In this document: one piece after another, positions 23,775 to 35,508 of the stretch
How positions within the stretch are numbered: position 1 is the stretch's first letter
Layout: each line of letters begins with the position of its first letter
Assembly (NCBI GenBank): GCA_000004985.1
Contig: GG738849.1
Strand: one strand, 5' to 3'
Length of the DNA: 64,000 nt
Origin: Naegleria gruberi
Lineage: Eukaryota
Translations under genes and position numbers: made by a program
Notes under the pieces: generated by a model
Told to the model about the DNA's origin: nothing
The model's input: the letters and a program-made list of their open reading frames with translations, nothing else
The model's database searches: none

Positions 23775-24779
23775 TTATGAGTAAACCTTCTTTACAATAA
23801 TTCTATCAGATGGATGAGATTTGTTTCCCATTTCCCAAGTATAGGAAACGGCACATGCAAGATATTCACCACTAGTACTAAAAGTCAATACAGCAATGCT
23901 TGTACTATAGGGTGCTGAACGAGAAACCCTCCTCTTCTTATCCTTATCCCAGAACATTAATACACCATCACAACCACCTGTTACAAATATATTTGGATGT
24001 CTTGGATTGAAATCAATAGTATTGACTGGATAGAGTGTTTCTACAGCTTGTTGTCCTGTTTGACTTCTGTGACATTTGAAAGCATAATTCGAATTTGAAT
24101 TGTTAAAGTATTCTACTGCTACTCTTCCTTCAATAGATCCGATAGCATAAGAATTATTGTCACCAAAACACTTGACAACTCTGGTTTGATACTTCAATCC
24201 ACTTTGCTTTCTAATATGTAAGGAGAGAGGTTGATTGGAATCTTTTTGAATATGCACAATGAATATGAGCAAGTCTTGGGATGCTACCACCAATTTAGAT
24301 CCATCAGGAGTGACATCCATGCTGTAGACCTTTTTGGTCAGGTCCAAGGTCTGTATGCATGTATTCTGTTGAGTATCCCAGAGCTTGATTGTTCCATCCC
24401 AACTTCCAGTTATGATTTTCTCTGGTGTTCCAGGAATTGTTGAAATACACTTGATAGCACTCTTGTGAAAATCAGGAAATGTTCCAATCACACTTTGTTC
24501 TCCACTCTTCATATTGTATTTGACCAATTTTCCGTCCAAACCAGCACTAAATGTACACTCCTCACCATTAGAAAAACATCCACACAATACACTTGTCTGA
24601 TGTTCATACTTGGTAACTAAAGAGTTGGATTTGACATTGTAAATTCTAACGGATTTATCCCAACTTGTAACCAGTAGCAAATCATGATTCAAGGTTGAAA
24701 AATTTAGGCTAGAAATGCCATCTGTTGGTGGATCGTGCAAGTCAAAGCCTTCCTCTGTAATGAGTTGTTGTGAAGACAT
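23775..24779 (-). CDS. BUB3: Mitotic checkpoint protein Bub3 (WD40)
   Basis: 334 aa. PPTDGISSLNFS...LLLVTSWDKSVRIYNV, GLKYQTRVVKCF, SIEGRVAVEY, FKCHRS...YPVNTIDFNP...FVTGGCDG all match human BUB3 nearly motif for motif. ATG at 24779. Confidence 0.8.
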   Translation of the reverse strand: MSSQQLITEEGFDLHDPPTDGISSLNFSTLNHDLLLVTSWDKSVRIYNVKSNSLVTKYEHQTSVLCGCFSNGEECTFSAGLDGKLVKYNMKSGEQSVIGTFPDFHKSAIKCISTIPGTPEKIITGSWDGTIKLWDTQQNTCIQTLDLTKKVYSMDVTPDGSKLVVASQDLLIFIVHIQKDSNQPLSLHIRKQSGLKYQTRVVKCFGDNNSYAIGSIEGRVAVEYFNNSNSNYAFKCHRSQTGQQAVETLYPVNTIDFNPRHPNIFVTGGCDGVLMFWDKDKKRRVSRSAPYSTSIAVLTFSTSGEYLACAVSYTWEMGNKSHPSDRIIVKKVYS

Positions 24780-24796
24780 TTTTTTGTTAAATTTTG

Positions 24797-24805
24797 TGGC
24801 GGGAA
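24797..24805. promoter_or_regulatory. E2F-like site TGGCGGGAA (TTCCCGCCA on the gene strand) 18-26 nt upstream of the Bub3 ATG
   Basis: GC-rich 9-mer in an AT-rich promoter. Matches the TTTSSCGC / GGCGGGAA E2F consensus. Bub3 is a classic E2F target in other eukaryotes. Confidence 0.35.
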
Positions 24806-24932
24806 TAAAACAAAGCCTTGTTGTTTAAAAGCAAGCCTGTGTGAATGAGAAAAGGAGTGTGTTGCATTGGAGAAATGATGAAGGCTACTTGTTTGAACAA
24901 ATCCTTTTTATTATCAAGTTATTAAAAATCAA

Positions 24933-25700
24933 TTAAATACAATTTTCTCTAGATGGTTGTGAAATTGGTAATGTACGATGTGTCTTGAGGTTGCTCTTGC
25001 ACTTAAAGTTGGCACTATCTTCAACATACTTGACTTGATGATTGATAATCTTTGGTACTTTGTGTACTTGTGTGCCTGGAATTCTCTTGACTGGTAAAAT
25101 ATCCTTTTCCATAGCTTGTTGTTCTCTCTTCTTTTGTCTATCTATTCTACTCATTTGAGCATTTGCAACATTTCTTCCGTGCTTCAAACGAACAATTGGA
25201 TCCTTCACGAATGGTTCCTCTCCTTCAAAGTGGAATTGAAGTTCTGTTTGTTTGGAAATATCAGCAAGACGTGGAGCAACAACAATATATTTTCTATCAT
25301 ATACTTCATCATGAACAAATTGAACCCAACCATCTCTCAAAGCATGAAGAGTGTAATCCTTTCCTTGAAGAACATTGTATCCTGGCCAATATGTATTTCC
25401 TCTTTGTCTAATAAGAATTTCTCCAGCTTTAACTCTTTCTCCTTGTCTTCTCTTTAAACCTAATCTCTTGGAGTGAGAGTCTTTGGTTTTACTTGTAGAA
25501 CCACCACTCTTCTTGGAAGCGAAACGAAGTTGTGTTTGTTGTTGAGAAATAGAATTAATCAAAAATTGTGAAGTTGATGATGTGGTAGATGATGTTAATG
25601 ATGATGTATTGACTGAGAGTTGGGAGAATAATAAACCCGTGCTATTCAAACGTGGTTTATTAAACACGGAGAGAAGTGACGAGGAACAAAATTTCTTCAT
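24933..25700 (-). CDS. Mitochondrial ribosomal protein bL27m with presequence/extension
   Basis: [52 protein letters not shown]... is the bacterial L27 core. The N-terminal Ser/Thr-rich region looks like a presequence. Real ATG at 25700 (the track start is TTG). Confidence 0.7.
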   Translation of the reverse strand: MKKFCSSSLLSVFNKPRLNSTGLLFSQLSVNTSSLTSSTTSSTSQFLINSISQQQTQLRFASKKSGGSTSKTKDSHSKRLGLKRRQGERVKAGEILIRQRGNTYWPGYNVLQGKDYTLHALRDGWVQFVHDEVYDRKYIVVAPRLADISKQTELQFHFEGEEPFVKDPIVRLKHGRNVANAQMSRIDRQKKREQQAMEKDILPVKRIPGTQVHKVPKIINHQVKYVEDSANFKCKSNLKTHRTLPISQPSRENCI

Positions 25701-25817
25701 TTTTTTAAAGAAATAAAAAAATTTAAAATTTATTTTCAATATTGATTATTTGAGGAAACATTTTTGATAAGGTTTGTGTAGATTGATTTCTTTTAATTTG
25801 AGCTAGATTTATTAGAT

Positions 25818-28800
25818 TTACCAGTACAAATTTTTGATTTTCAAGTACTTGACCAACAATTTTCTCATTTCATTGACAAAGAGTACCATAAACATCCACG
25901 GAAGAGGATACAACCATGAATCAACTGTTACAGGTCTAAAGCCGAAAATAGCATCATTAATGAACGGAACATAAATCAAAAAGGCAGAAAGAGCAATAGC
26001 AACCACAGCGCCAAGATAGATGTACAAATTGGAGAATAATGGGAAAGTAAATACAAATTCTCTTCTAGTTCTGCAGGAGTACATGTTGACAATTTGACAC
26101 AAAACAATACATAAAAAGTAACTTGTTTGAGCAGTAACCAAAATGTTGCTTTGATCCACTCCACTTAGAGTAATTCCAGTTTCTACAATAAACAATGGTG
26201 TTGATGAAGTGTTTTGGAAATAATTGCCTTGTCTAGCAGCCCACAAATACCTTGGGGGAACTCCATAAAATGCAAATGTGAATATAAAACAAAATATGCC
26301 ACCAAGTGATTCAATTAAACCAGAAACGAGATAACAGAACATGAGTTCAGGAATTCCAATTAGTGACTGCAATTTGTTTCTTGGTGGAATACTCATTAAA
26401 TCATTTTCTGCTTTTTCATAGGCGAGACAAATAGAAGATGCTACTTCAGTACCCAAATCGAGACAAATCATTTGCAAACCTGTCATTGGTACAGGAATAC
26501 CAAAGAACATGAAAGCAATAAATGAAGACATTTCAGGCAAGTTATGGCTTACTGTGTAAACAAGACTCTTCTTTAAATTGTCAAAAATCAATCTACCTTC
26601 TTGAATTCCGTTTACAATTGATGCAAAGTTATCATCCAACAAGATAAGGGCAGCAGCTTCTTTAGAGACAGCAGAACCACTCAAGTTCATTGCAACACCA
26701 ATGTCAGCCTTTTTGAGAGCTGGAGAATCGTTTGTTCCATCTCCTGTTACGGCCACAATATGACCATATTCTTGGAATTTGGAAACAATAAACAACTTTT
26801 GTTGTGGAGAAGTTCTAGCAAATACCAACTGCTTAATTTTCATAATTCCTTTCCAATCTTCATTAGTCAATTGATCTATTTGTTCTCCATGGATAACCAT
26901 AGCTTCAGGTTGAGAGCCATAATTCTGTTCATCCATTTCGTCCAGTATGAGCGCTTTTTGTTCTATGATACCCACTTGTTTGGCAATGGCTTTTGCAGTG
27001 AGAGGGTGATCTCCAGTGACCATGACTACTTGAATACCTCCAGTTTTACACTTGGCAACAGCTTCAGTTACTCCTACCTTTGGAGGATCAGTCAATGCTA
27101 CCATTCCCAAAAATGTCAAATTTTTGGCAAAATCTCTGATATTATCAATATCTCCAGATGGAATTTGTGACTTTGAAATGCTAGTTTGGGCAAATGCCAA
27201 AACTCTACAACCTTTTGATGCAAAAAAGTCATAAGAATCTTGAAAGTTGTTTCTCCAGTTCTCATCCATATCATATTCAACACCAGATATTAAAATTTTG
27301 GAACAAAGAGAAGCAATTCTTTCAGGGGCTCCCTTCATTAACAATAGAGCGTCATCGTTAGGTTGATTAGGAATCTCGTTGATAGTAAGCATCCACTTAT
27401 TCTTTGAACTAAAAGGAATACAATAGAGTTCTTCATGATCTTTTCTAATGCTTTTAAGACTGGCCTTTCCTCTGGATTCTACATACTTAATGAGAGCAAT
27501 TTCTGAGGCATCTCCAAGACATTCTCTTTTCATGATTGGAGTGTTTAAATTTGCTTCATTTTCAAGGAATGTGGCTGTACTACACAAGCTGCAAGCTCTT
27601 TGCAACAACTCTTCAGTAGATAAATTTTGAGGAGCATTACTAGAAGCACCATTGGTTGAAGTCGCGCTTGTGGAGTTATCCATATTGTATGGAATGGTGA
27701 TAACTGAAGAATCAATCCATGCTTCAACAACGGTCATCTTATTTTGTGTGAGTGTTCCAGTCTTGTCAGAACAAATGACTGAAACAGAACCCAATGTTTC
27801 CACATGATCCAGTTTCTTGACAACAATGTTAACCTCTTTCAAACGTTGTGCAGAGATTGAAAGACATGTGGTCACAGTAGCAATTAAACCTGCAGGGATG
27901 CAACCAGTAATTACACCAACTAAAGATGACAGTACTTAGTATTGTATGATGAAATTTGATAACTTACTGCAAAAAATAAAGCTCTGAAACCATGTGAAAC
28001 CAAAGCTCATACATACACAAAAGAAAATAATGCAACAAACAATAGCAATGGTTCCCAATATGAAAACAAATTTGTCAATTTCTCTTCTGATAGGTGTTTT
28101 TCTTTCCTTTTGACCACCTGCCAAGTGAGCAATTTTTCCCATAACTGTCTTGTTTGCTGTTCTAATTACAATTCCAAAACCAAATCCTTCGACAACAGTA
28201 GATCCAAAAAATAGTAAATTAGATGCTTCCAATGGGTTAGGAGCAGTATTTTCAATGGTTCTAGTTTGAGGATCTGATTCTCCAGTCAAAGTACTATTGT
28301 CTACCTTCATACCAGAACTACTGACACATCTTAAATCTGCTGGGATCAAATCACCTGTTGAAATTTTAACAACATCACCAAGGACCAAATCTTCAGCATC
28401 AATCTTTTGTAAAATACCATCTCTAATAACCCAACACGAATTCTTTTGTAACTGTTGAAAACTCTCAATAATTTTCTCTCCCTTTCTTTCTTGAACTAAT
28501 GTTACAATAGCATTGAATAAAACAACCACAAACAATATCAATCCAAGGAAAATATTTGGAATGGATTCAGGTGTTCTTTCGATGATGACGTCAAGAATAC
28601 TCAAAAAACCAGCAATAATCAATACCAAAGAGAATGGAGAAAGAAGTTCCTTGATAACTTTAACTATGAATAAAGTTCTCTTCGGAGGAGCCAGAATATT
28701 CTTACCATCAGTCAACAATCGTTCGGAAACAATTTTAGAGGACAAGCCTTGAGAGTTTTCAGGATGGTGAACATCAAAATTCGTGTCTAAGGACTCAACT

Positions 28801-28979
28801 ATGGAATCAATAGTAAGTAAATGTTCTTTAATATCAACAGCTTTACGAGAAGTCTTTTTTGAGACTTTAACATTCGTCTTGCTTTGAGCAATGACGATAT
28901 CAGTTGATTGTCATGCTTCCACATATAGAGCATTTTGGTTATCGATTGTGGTCGATACCTCCGACGATTCGTGAATCAT
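25818..28979 (-). CDS. P-type ATPase, type IIC (Na+/K+- or H+/K+-ATPase alpha-subunit-like), about 1010 aa. Exons 28979-28959, 28877-27968, 27919-25818.
   Basis: DKTGTLT phosphorylation site, GDGTNDSPALKKADIGVAM, TGES, PEGL-equivalent IPAGLIATVT. N-terminal block ...LTDGKNILAPPK and ...FTWFQSFIFCIGVITGCIPAGLIATV match the Na,K-ATPase alpha subunit. Minus-strand introns: GTAAGT donor (plus aacttac 27961-67) to AG at 27921-20 (48 nt), and GTATCG at 28958 to AG at 28879-78 (81 nt). ATG at 28979 (MIHESSE-). Confidence 0.75.
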
Positions 28980-29382
28980 TGTTGTATGTAGGTACTATTA
29001 CTAATAACGATACAGGTAACAAGACAATAAATTTTTTTTTTCAAAATTTTTCTTCAACGCCCATGATTTTTTCAAAGTACGTGGTAATTAATTTAATCGG
29101 GAGGTATTACCATCTTGGTTGTCCATATTGGTTAATTACAATAAAACGAGAGGAAGGGAACATGCTTCAATTTTTAAGGCCATAATTTCAATAGTAAAGT
29201 TCCCGTGTTGGGTTTTTGGTCAATGTTAACATTCAATATCTTGTTAAGAAGGAAAACAATTCCTTTAAGATAACAATCCAGGATAACAAAATAATGTATT
29301 TTTTTGACAACATCGTACTGCAGAGTTGTCTTGACTATTCACAGATGTAAAATGAAAACAAGGCCGAAAATTTACAATGAAA

Positions 29383-29441
29383 GCATTAGCAGTGTAACGG
29401 TATCACACCAGCCTTCCAAGCTGGTGACTTTAGGCTAATGC
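29383..29441 (+). other. tRNA-Gly(UCC)-like 59-nt element lacking a T-arm (possible tRNA-derived pseudogene or structured RNA)
   Basis: 7-bp acceptor-like stem GCATTAG/CTAATGC. D-arm-like GTG-AACGGTA-CAC. Perfect anticodon arm CCAGC-CTTCCAA-GCTGG with U33, anticodon TCC, A37. Only 10 nt where the variable loop and T-arm should be. Confidence 0.2.
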
Positions 29442-29510
29442 AAATCCTTTTACTAAAAACCCAAAACATCATTTTAATACTGTTTCTTTTCAAATGTTAG
29501 CATTAATTTA

Positions 29511-30251
29511 TTAAAGAAGAATAGCATTAACAAAATCCATGCCTGTTGGAACTTCAATTCTCTGCCTATTCATATTGGTATTTTTCATTCCTTCTATTGA
29601 GAGAGGATTACAATCTCTGTTGTTCCATCTTTCAAATAGCTTTTTCTTTCTGTATTCTTGATTGACAAGTTTGGATTGAGTCAAAACATGAGCCAATTCC
29701 TTCTCCGATCTCTCTAACTTTTCCTTAAAGCTTGAAGTATCCATAGAGTACAATCGCATAATATCTGCCATGTCAATAGGTTTTGTTTCAATATTAGCAA
29801 GCTTTGGTTGTTCCACTAATTGTAAAACTGGAGAAATCAATGATTCATCCTCTTCCCTTCTAGTATGTTCTTGGACAACTCTACTGGGAGGGGATAACAA
29901 TGATTCATGGCTGTCTTTTCTATTGTTTTTTGGGGGAATTTGTTTCTTCTCTTGTTTTTCTTTTAGGGGTGATGAAACTCTTTCCATCCCACTTTCAACC
30001 TTAACTTCTAGAGCTGGGGTTGAATCCGAAACACCTTCCTTCTGTGTTTGCTTCTCAATAATTGGTTTCCAAAGCCTTCTTCTTGCATTGATAAACCAAT
30101 TGTTCACCTGAACAAGTGTTAGCGAGGTTTCCTCTGCCAAGACAGCCTTCTCCTCTTCCGAAGGATACGGATGTTGAAAGTGTAAAAAAAGCCAATTCTT
30201 CAAATGCTCAACAGCCTCCTTAGGTAATGTACCTCTCGATTGTTTAACCAT
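29511..30251 (-). CDS. TALE-class homeodomain protein (MEIS/KNOX/PBX-like), 246 aa
   Basis: LPKEAVEHLKNWLFLHFQHPYPSEEEKAVLAEETSLTLVQVNNWFINARRRLWKP has a 3-aa loop insertion and the WFINARRR recognition helix diagnostic of TALE homeoboxes. ATG at 30251 (ACAGAAAATGG). Confidence 0.7.
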   Translation of the reverse strand: MVKQSRGTLPKEAVEHLKNWLFLHFQHPYPSEEEKAVLAEETSLTLVQVNNWFINARRRLWKPIIEKQTQKEGVSDSTPALEVKVESGMERVSSPLKEKQEKKQIPPKNNRKDSHESLLSPPSRVVQEHTRREEDESLISPVLQLVEQPKLANIETKPIDMADIMRLYSMDTSSFKEKLERSEKELAHVLTQSKLVNQEYRKKKLFERWNNRDCNPLSIEGMKNTNMNRQRIEVPTGMDFVNAILL

Positions 30252-30585
30252 TTTCTGTATTGATTGTTGATTGAATGATGACAATGATTATTATTTTTAC
30301 TATTACAAATCAGTGATGAAAAAATGAGTAAGGAATATATTTTTCAAAACTGCCTTAAAACTCTGCTATTTTTTTTTGTAGTTAAGTTTTGGAGGCAGTA
30401 TTTGAACAAGCTGCTGCTTGCCACAATATATAAAAATAACATTTGACATTAAGGTGCTTTGTAATATTTTGACTTTCACCAACCACAAAAGCATTTCATT
30501 CCGATCGCACAAAATAACCGCACAACATTTTCCATGTCATCACACATTCAATAATAATTAAATTAAAAATCAACCAGATAAAAAA

Positions 30586-32073
30586 ATGATCAGCAGTAAT
30601 ATTTCAAATCCTTACTCAGGATCATCAAATATTGTTGTTTCCTCTCCTCCAACAACAACCACCACTTCTAGTAAAAATCAAAAATTATATGATGTAACTA
30701 TTTTCGGAGCAACAGGTTTTACCGGAACTCTCATCACAAGATACTTGATTCAGAGATTGAGTTCTCTTGTTGAGAGTGATTCGGATTTAATGGTGAGTGG
30801 AAGAAGATTTTGTATTGCTGGTAGAAATGAGAGTAGATTGAATGAACTTGTCATGGCACACAATATTAAAATGTCAGACAAGGGAAGAAAAGATTTAATA
30901 ATTGACGTTGCAGTGATTAGTAAAGTCGAAAAGGGACCAAAGTTATTAGAATTGACAGGCAATACAAAGGTTTTACTAAATGTTGCTGGACCGTTTATTG
31001 CTTGTGGTGGATTGGAAATTGTTGATAGTTGTGTAGAGACTGGAACTGATTATTTGGACATTACTGGTGAACCAGAATATGTACTTGAATCTGCTCAAAA
31101 ATTCCACGACAAGGCACGTGAAAACAATGTCAAGATTATTCACTGTTGTGGTTTTGATAGTATTCCTGCTGATTTGGGAACAAACATCTCCTTGTTTCAT
31201 GTAAAGAACAAATTGGAAGAATTGGGAATTTCACAAACTGACAAGACAACAATTGTGACAAATGGGTATTTGTCACTCAACTTGCCAGGTTTTGTGAGCT
31301 ATGGAACTTTTAATACTCTTGTTACATCATTGGAAAATTATAGTGTTTTCAGTGGAAAGAAAACAAGTGAAAAAATTGTACAAAAGACAAGTGACAAGAA
31401 GGGATCATATAGTAAGAGAGGAACCCAATATCATGCAGGATTGCAAAACTATATTGTACCATTTTCAACTTCAGATCCACTCATTGTTAGAAGATCGAAT
31501 CACTTGATTGGCTATGATACATCCCTTTCTGAAAATACTGAAAATACTTTCGAGTATAACAATTACTTACAACTTTCCAACCGCTACTATTTATTCTTAA
31601 TGATCATCTTCTTCATGATCATGTTCATTTGTACAAGACTTTCATTTGGAGCTAGGTTTTTAAGATTCTTGTACTCTTTAAAGCCAAATCCAACCCAAAA
31701 GGAAAGAGATGAGAGTAGTTTTGAATTTGTTTTTGAAACTTTTGGTAAGGTAACACCAGCAAACTCCACCGATCCAGTCCTGTTCAAATGTAAGACCAGA
31801 ATGTACAATAATAATGATCCAGGATATACAGAAACAGCAGTTTATTGCTTAGATAGTGCTCTCTTCTTGCTGAATAATTCAAATGCTGCCAGGTCTAATC
31901 CAGGTGTTTTGACTCCAAGTAGTGTATTTGGTGTGGAGCAATGTAAAGAGGAATATTTGAGATGTTTAGGACAACATACAACCTTAAAATTCGATTTTGT
32001 TGAATTTGCTCATGCCAAGGGATCAGAAAACCCTAGCTTGAAAAAGGAAGTTGAAAAGTTCTTGAAACTTTAG
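30586..32073 (+). CDS. Saccharopine-dehydrogenase-like (SCCPDH family) NAD(P)-binding oxidoreductase with C-terminal TM segment
   Basis: YDVTIFGATGFTGTLITRYL Rossmann motif typical of the Sccpdh N-terminal domain. 495 aa. Internal hydrophobic stretch YYLFLMIIFFMIMFICT. Confidence 0.6.
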   Translation: MISSNISNPYSGSSNIVVSSPPTTTTTSSKNQKLYDVTIFGATGFTGTLITRYLIQRLSSLVESDSDLMVSGRRFCIAGRNESRLNELVMAHNIKMSDKGRKDLIIDVAVISKVEKGPKLLELTGNTKVLLNVAGPFIACGGLEIVDSCVETGTDYLDITGEPEYVLESAQKFHDKARENNVKIIHCCGFDSIPADLGTNISLFHVKNKLEELGISQTDKTTIVTNGYLSLNLPGFVSYGTFNTLVTSLENYSVFSGKKTSEKIVQKTSDKKGSYSKRGTQYHAGLQNYIVPFSTSDPLIVRRSNHLIGYDTSLSENTENTFEYNNYLQLSNRYYLFLMIIFFMIMFICTRLSFGARFLRFLYSLKPNPTQKERDESSFEFVFETFGKVTPANSTDPVLFKCKTRMYNNNDPGYTETAVYCLDSALFLLNNSNAARSNPGVLTPSSVFGVEQCKEEYLRCLGQHTTLKFDFVEFAHAKGSENPSLKKEVEKFLKL

Positions 32074-33425
32074 AGTGTTGATAGTAAATTTTCAAATTGA
32101 GTGCATATTGTTTGACACATTTCACACAAATCTGAACAATACTTGGAAATGTATTCGACTTCTTCCTTGAAAATCTGCTTTCTCAATAATGGTTCAATTA
32201 AAATCTCATCTCTCAAGTGATTTTCAATTTCAGGCTTATAGTACATGTGATAGTTTTGATCTGTAAATGGATAAATCGTATCTAGTAATTCAATTAATTG
32301 GTGCTGGGTGAGGCATTCCTCAATACATGTTTTGATTAGGTCTGAAGAGAATATCTTTTCCTCTTCTTGGTTATTGTTCAGTGAGAAGAGATTTGTAAAG
32401 GGTTGTTTTGTATTTGAATCACTCCTTGCAGGTAATGTCGACTCTTTAAATAGCTTTCTGAAATATTCCTGAATGGATTCTTGTTCATAAAATTCTACAG
32501 GTTCAGTTGATAGGATTCTTCTTATTTCTTCTTGTTTAAAACCTTTTGTTTCAATACTTTCCACTAATGGATCGAATAAGTGATTTGGATTTTCCTCACC
32601 CACAGAAATAGTATGCAACAAGAAGAAAGTTTTCAATGGAGAATCTACTTGTCTTTCAAATATGAATTTTTGAAAAGAATGCAAGCTCACTTGTTCACTC
32701 CAAATGATATTCTTGAAAAAATCATGAATTGCTTCTCGATAGCTCTCATATTGAATGAAGGAGAGCTTGAATGTCATATTATAATCAACATTTAACCAAT
32801 CTGATTTGTAAATTTCACTCAAACCCTGATTCACAAATCCAGAGTTTAAATGCTCAACTAAATTGGTCACCCTCTCAAATATATTAAAATTCTCAATGCC
32901 AAAGACTATTTCCAATTTCTTTTCAATCAATTTCATCAAAAAGCTAGATTGTTTCAATAAATTTTTAATTTGTGACAAGTAGAAAATTATACCTCTTCTC
33001 TTCTTTTGATGATTGAACTTTTTCAATGATCTCCACAATAAATCTAACCTCTTATCCAAATAAAAATCCAGTAAATCCAATCGCACTTCAGCAAGATTCA
33101 ACATTCTCGAATTATTTATAAATTTATACAATTTCTCGTCCATTTCTTCCAAATCTTCTCCTTCAGAGAGGTATTGTTCAACATTTTCCACTCTTGCAAA
33201 GCTATCCACAAATTCCGAAATGAACACTCTCTCGCTTTCCTTTACATTTTCCAAATATTTTCCCCTAGACAGATGCAAACACATATATTCAATTCCACGA
33301 CAAGTACCAAAAGGTACCAGCAACACACTGATATTTTTAATAATTTTTCTAACTTGTTCTCTCCTCCGAAATGAATGAATCTGCAAATAATCCACCAACA
33401 ATTTTGCCTTCTCATTTTTTTTCAT
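32070..33425 (-). CDS. Hypothetical 451-aa protein (helical, no recognised domain)
   Basis: Long uninterrupted ORF with ATG at 33425. Its stop codon overlaps the stop of the convergent gene at 32070-32073. Confidence 0.4.
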   Translation of the reverse strand: MKKNEKAKLLVDYLQIHSFRRREQVRKIIKNISVLLVPFGTCRGIEYMCLHLSRGKYLENVKESERVFISEFVDSFARVENVEQYLSEGEDLEEMDEKLYKFINNSRMLNLAEVRLDLLDFYLDKRLDLLWRSLKKFNHQKKRRGIIFYLSQIKNLLKQSSFLMKLIEKKLEIVFGIENFNIFERVTNLVEHLNSGFVNQGLSEIYKSDWLNVDYNMTFKLSFIQYESYREAIHDFFKNIIWSEQVSLHSFQKFIFERQVDSPLKTFFLLHTISVGEENPNHLFDPLVESIETKGFKQEEIRRILSTEPVEFYEQESIQEYFRKLFKESTLPARSDSNTKQPFTNLFSLNNNQEEEKIFSSDLIKTCIEECLTQHQLIELLDTIYPFTDQNYHMYYKPEIENHLRDEILIEPLLRKQIFKEEVEYISKYCSDLCEMCQTICTQFENLLSTL

Positions 33426-33923
33426 TTTCTAATTCATTACAAAATGTTTGTCTTATGCAGCAATATATAATCAGAAATGCTATTTGGAGATGATTAAAAG
33501 AGACATGGACAAATTATTGTATTGAATACATTTCAGATTCATGAACTTGTCCAATTATTGAAGGTATCTAGTGAAACTGCCTTAATTTATTTTGGTGTGC
33601 GAAACCAAACTTGCTTTAAATTGCGTCTCTTATTGACAGCTTAAATTGGGTGGTTTGGTTATTAACTTAGAATAAAAACAAACACAAACATACTCTCTCT
33701 GAGAATCAAGATTGATGATTAATTATTGCAAGTTATCCATTGTAGAATTTACCAAACAGCAAGGCCATGTCGACCCATTGAAGTCAAAATCCACATATCC
33801 ACAAGAGAAACGGAGACTTATTAGGACCTCCATTTCAATAACAGTATTATTAAATTAATATCTTTATTTACACGACTGTATCCTTGCATTAAAAATCTAA
33901 GGATCAGTGGGAGAAGAGAGAAT

Positions 33924-34889
33924 TTAGAACACATAATTGAACAATCTCCAAAAAACAATCATGTACCACTTATCAACAATGACACTATCATAACTATTGG
34001 ATGAGAATATTTGTCTGTACATTTCCAGGGCAACATGATCTGGAGTAATGGCACTAGAAACAACCTTGAAATAGAGTGGCTTGGTGAGTAGATAGGCCTT
34101 ATAAAAGATTGATTCCTCATTGAATGGTTTGGAGGCAACAATTTGTGTCTTACTGAAACCTGGCTCAACACAACAAACTCTCACAAATGAATTGTCATTT
34201 CCAGAGGCTTTTAACAATTCCATTTCTCTACGGAGAGAATGAGAATAACCAACAATGGCATGCTTTGTAGATGGATACACAGAGAGGAATGGAAGGGCAT
34301 CTCTGCCAGAGATTGAGGCAACATTTAAAATGATGGAAGCATTGGAATCGAGTTGAGTGTTCTTATTTTCCATGAGTGGATACAATTCACGAACCATACG
34401 AATATGACCCAAGGTGTTAACATTGAAAACTTGTTGCATTTCGTCTTCATCAAATTCAACAACTCCACCTCTCTTGACACAATTTGGACTATTTCCAATA
34501 CCAGCATTATTAACCAATGCAAATAACCGATCCTTATTCCACTTTTTCAATAGCTCCTTAACTTGCTCAGCTGCTTGCACAACTTGTTCATTAGAAGCAA
34601 TGTCAACCTGGAGAAATTCCAACTTTTCACATTTCAATTTACCCAAAGACTTTTCCAAGAATTCCATCTTGACGTCAACAGCAATTACATTAGCACCCTT
34701 GTCGAGCAATTCTCTAACTAAATTGGATCCAAATCCACCAGCTGCACCAGTCAATAATACAACCCTTCCAGATGGATCAATATCTTGTTTCAACTTTTGG
34801 AATGGTGCCAATACTTTCTTTCCAATATGAATCAATACTTGAAGAGCTGTTAATAAGTAGGCAATAACTGCCTTGAGGAGTTCAATCAT
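33924..34889 (-). CDS. Short-chain dehydrogenase/reductase (SDR) with N-terminal membrane anchor
   Basis: TGAAGGFGS Rossmann motif, NNAG, catalytic YPSTKHA (YxxxK). 321 aa. ATG at 34889. Confidence 0.7.
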   Translation of the reverse strand: MIELLKAVIAYLLTALQVLIHIGKKVLAPFQKLKQDIDPSGRVVLLTGAAGGFGSNLVRELLDKGANVIAVDVKMEFLEKSLGKLKCEKLEFLQVDIASNEQVVQAAEQVKELLKKWNKDRLFALVNNAGIGNSPNCVKRGGVVEFDEDEMQQVFNVNTLGHIRMVRELYPLMENKNTQLDSNASIILNVASISGRDALPFLSVYPSTKHAIVGYSHSLRREMELLKASGNDNSFVRVCCVEPGFSKTQIVASKPFNEESIFYKAYLLTKPLYFKVVSSAITPDHVALEMYRQIFSSNSYDSVIVDKWYMIVFWRLFNYVF

Positions 34890-35508
34890 TTTTTAATGTT
34901 TGTTATATTTGTTAGACTGAAGAGAGAGACATGCATTTATAGTTCAGCATCAAATGGTGTTGATGATATAATACCCTGAAAGATAGGACATTAATTCGCA
35001 CCTCATTGTTGGCGACAAATTGTAAAAATTAGGTTCTGGAATAATAATGGGTTGCATAATTTTCCTTATCTCCATTGAGATGTTTGACTAGACACGAATA
35101 TCATTTTAAGAATATTTGTCATGACAGTTTTGTGAATTGTTTGGACACCAGCCATCAATATAAAACAATGGAAAACTGTAGTACTCTTGAATTGGATTAA
35201 CAAAACTTCTCTCTTAAATCTTAATAATTATTCAAAAATAAATAATTCCAATCAATAATTACTTGCAATCATCCAACCACCATAACCGTGTGCTGGTAAT
35301 TTGCAAATGGATGATGAAAAAAGAGCAAAGTTTTGTTGAATACTTAAAAACTGTTAAAATTGATAAAATTCAATCAAAAAAAATTTTGAAAAAAAGGCTT
35401 GCGGAATTTAACCCTTTTTCGCTTCTTACCATCATCATAACAACAAGAATAACAACAACTATTAATCGTCGGAAGGGAATATTATTTTACTACTAACAAA
35501 AAAAAAGA

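Noticed and set aside
35263-35496. 77-aa ORF in the spacer upstream of the 669-aa gene
   Set aside because: Falls in an AT-rich divergent promoter region. The sequence is low-complexity with no start context. It is most likely non-coding.
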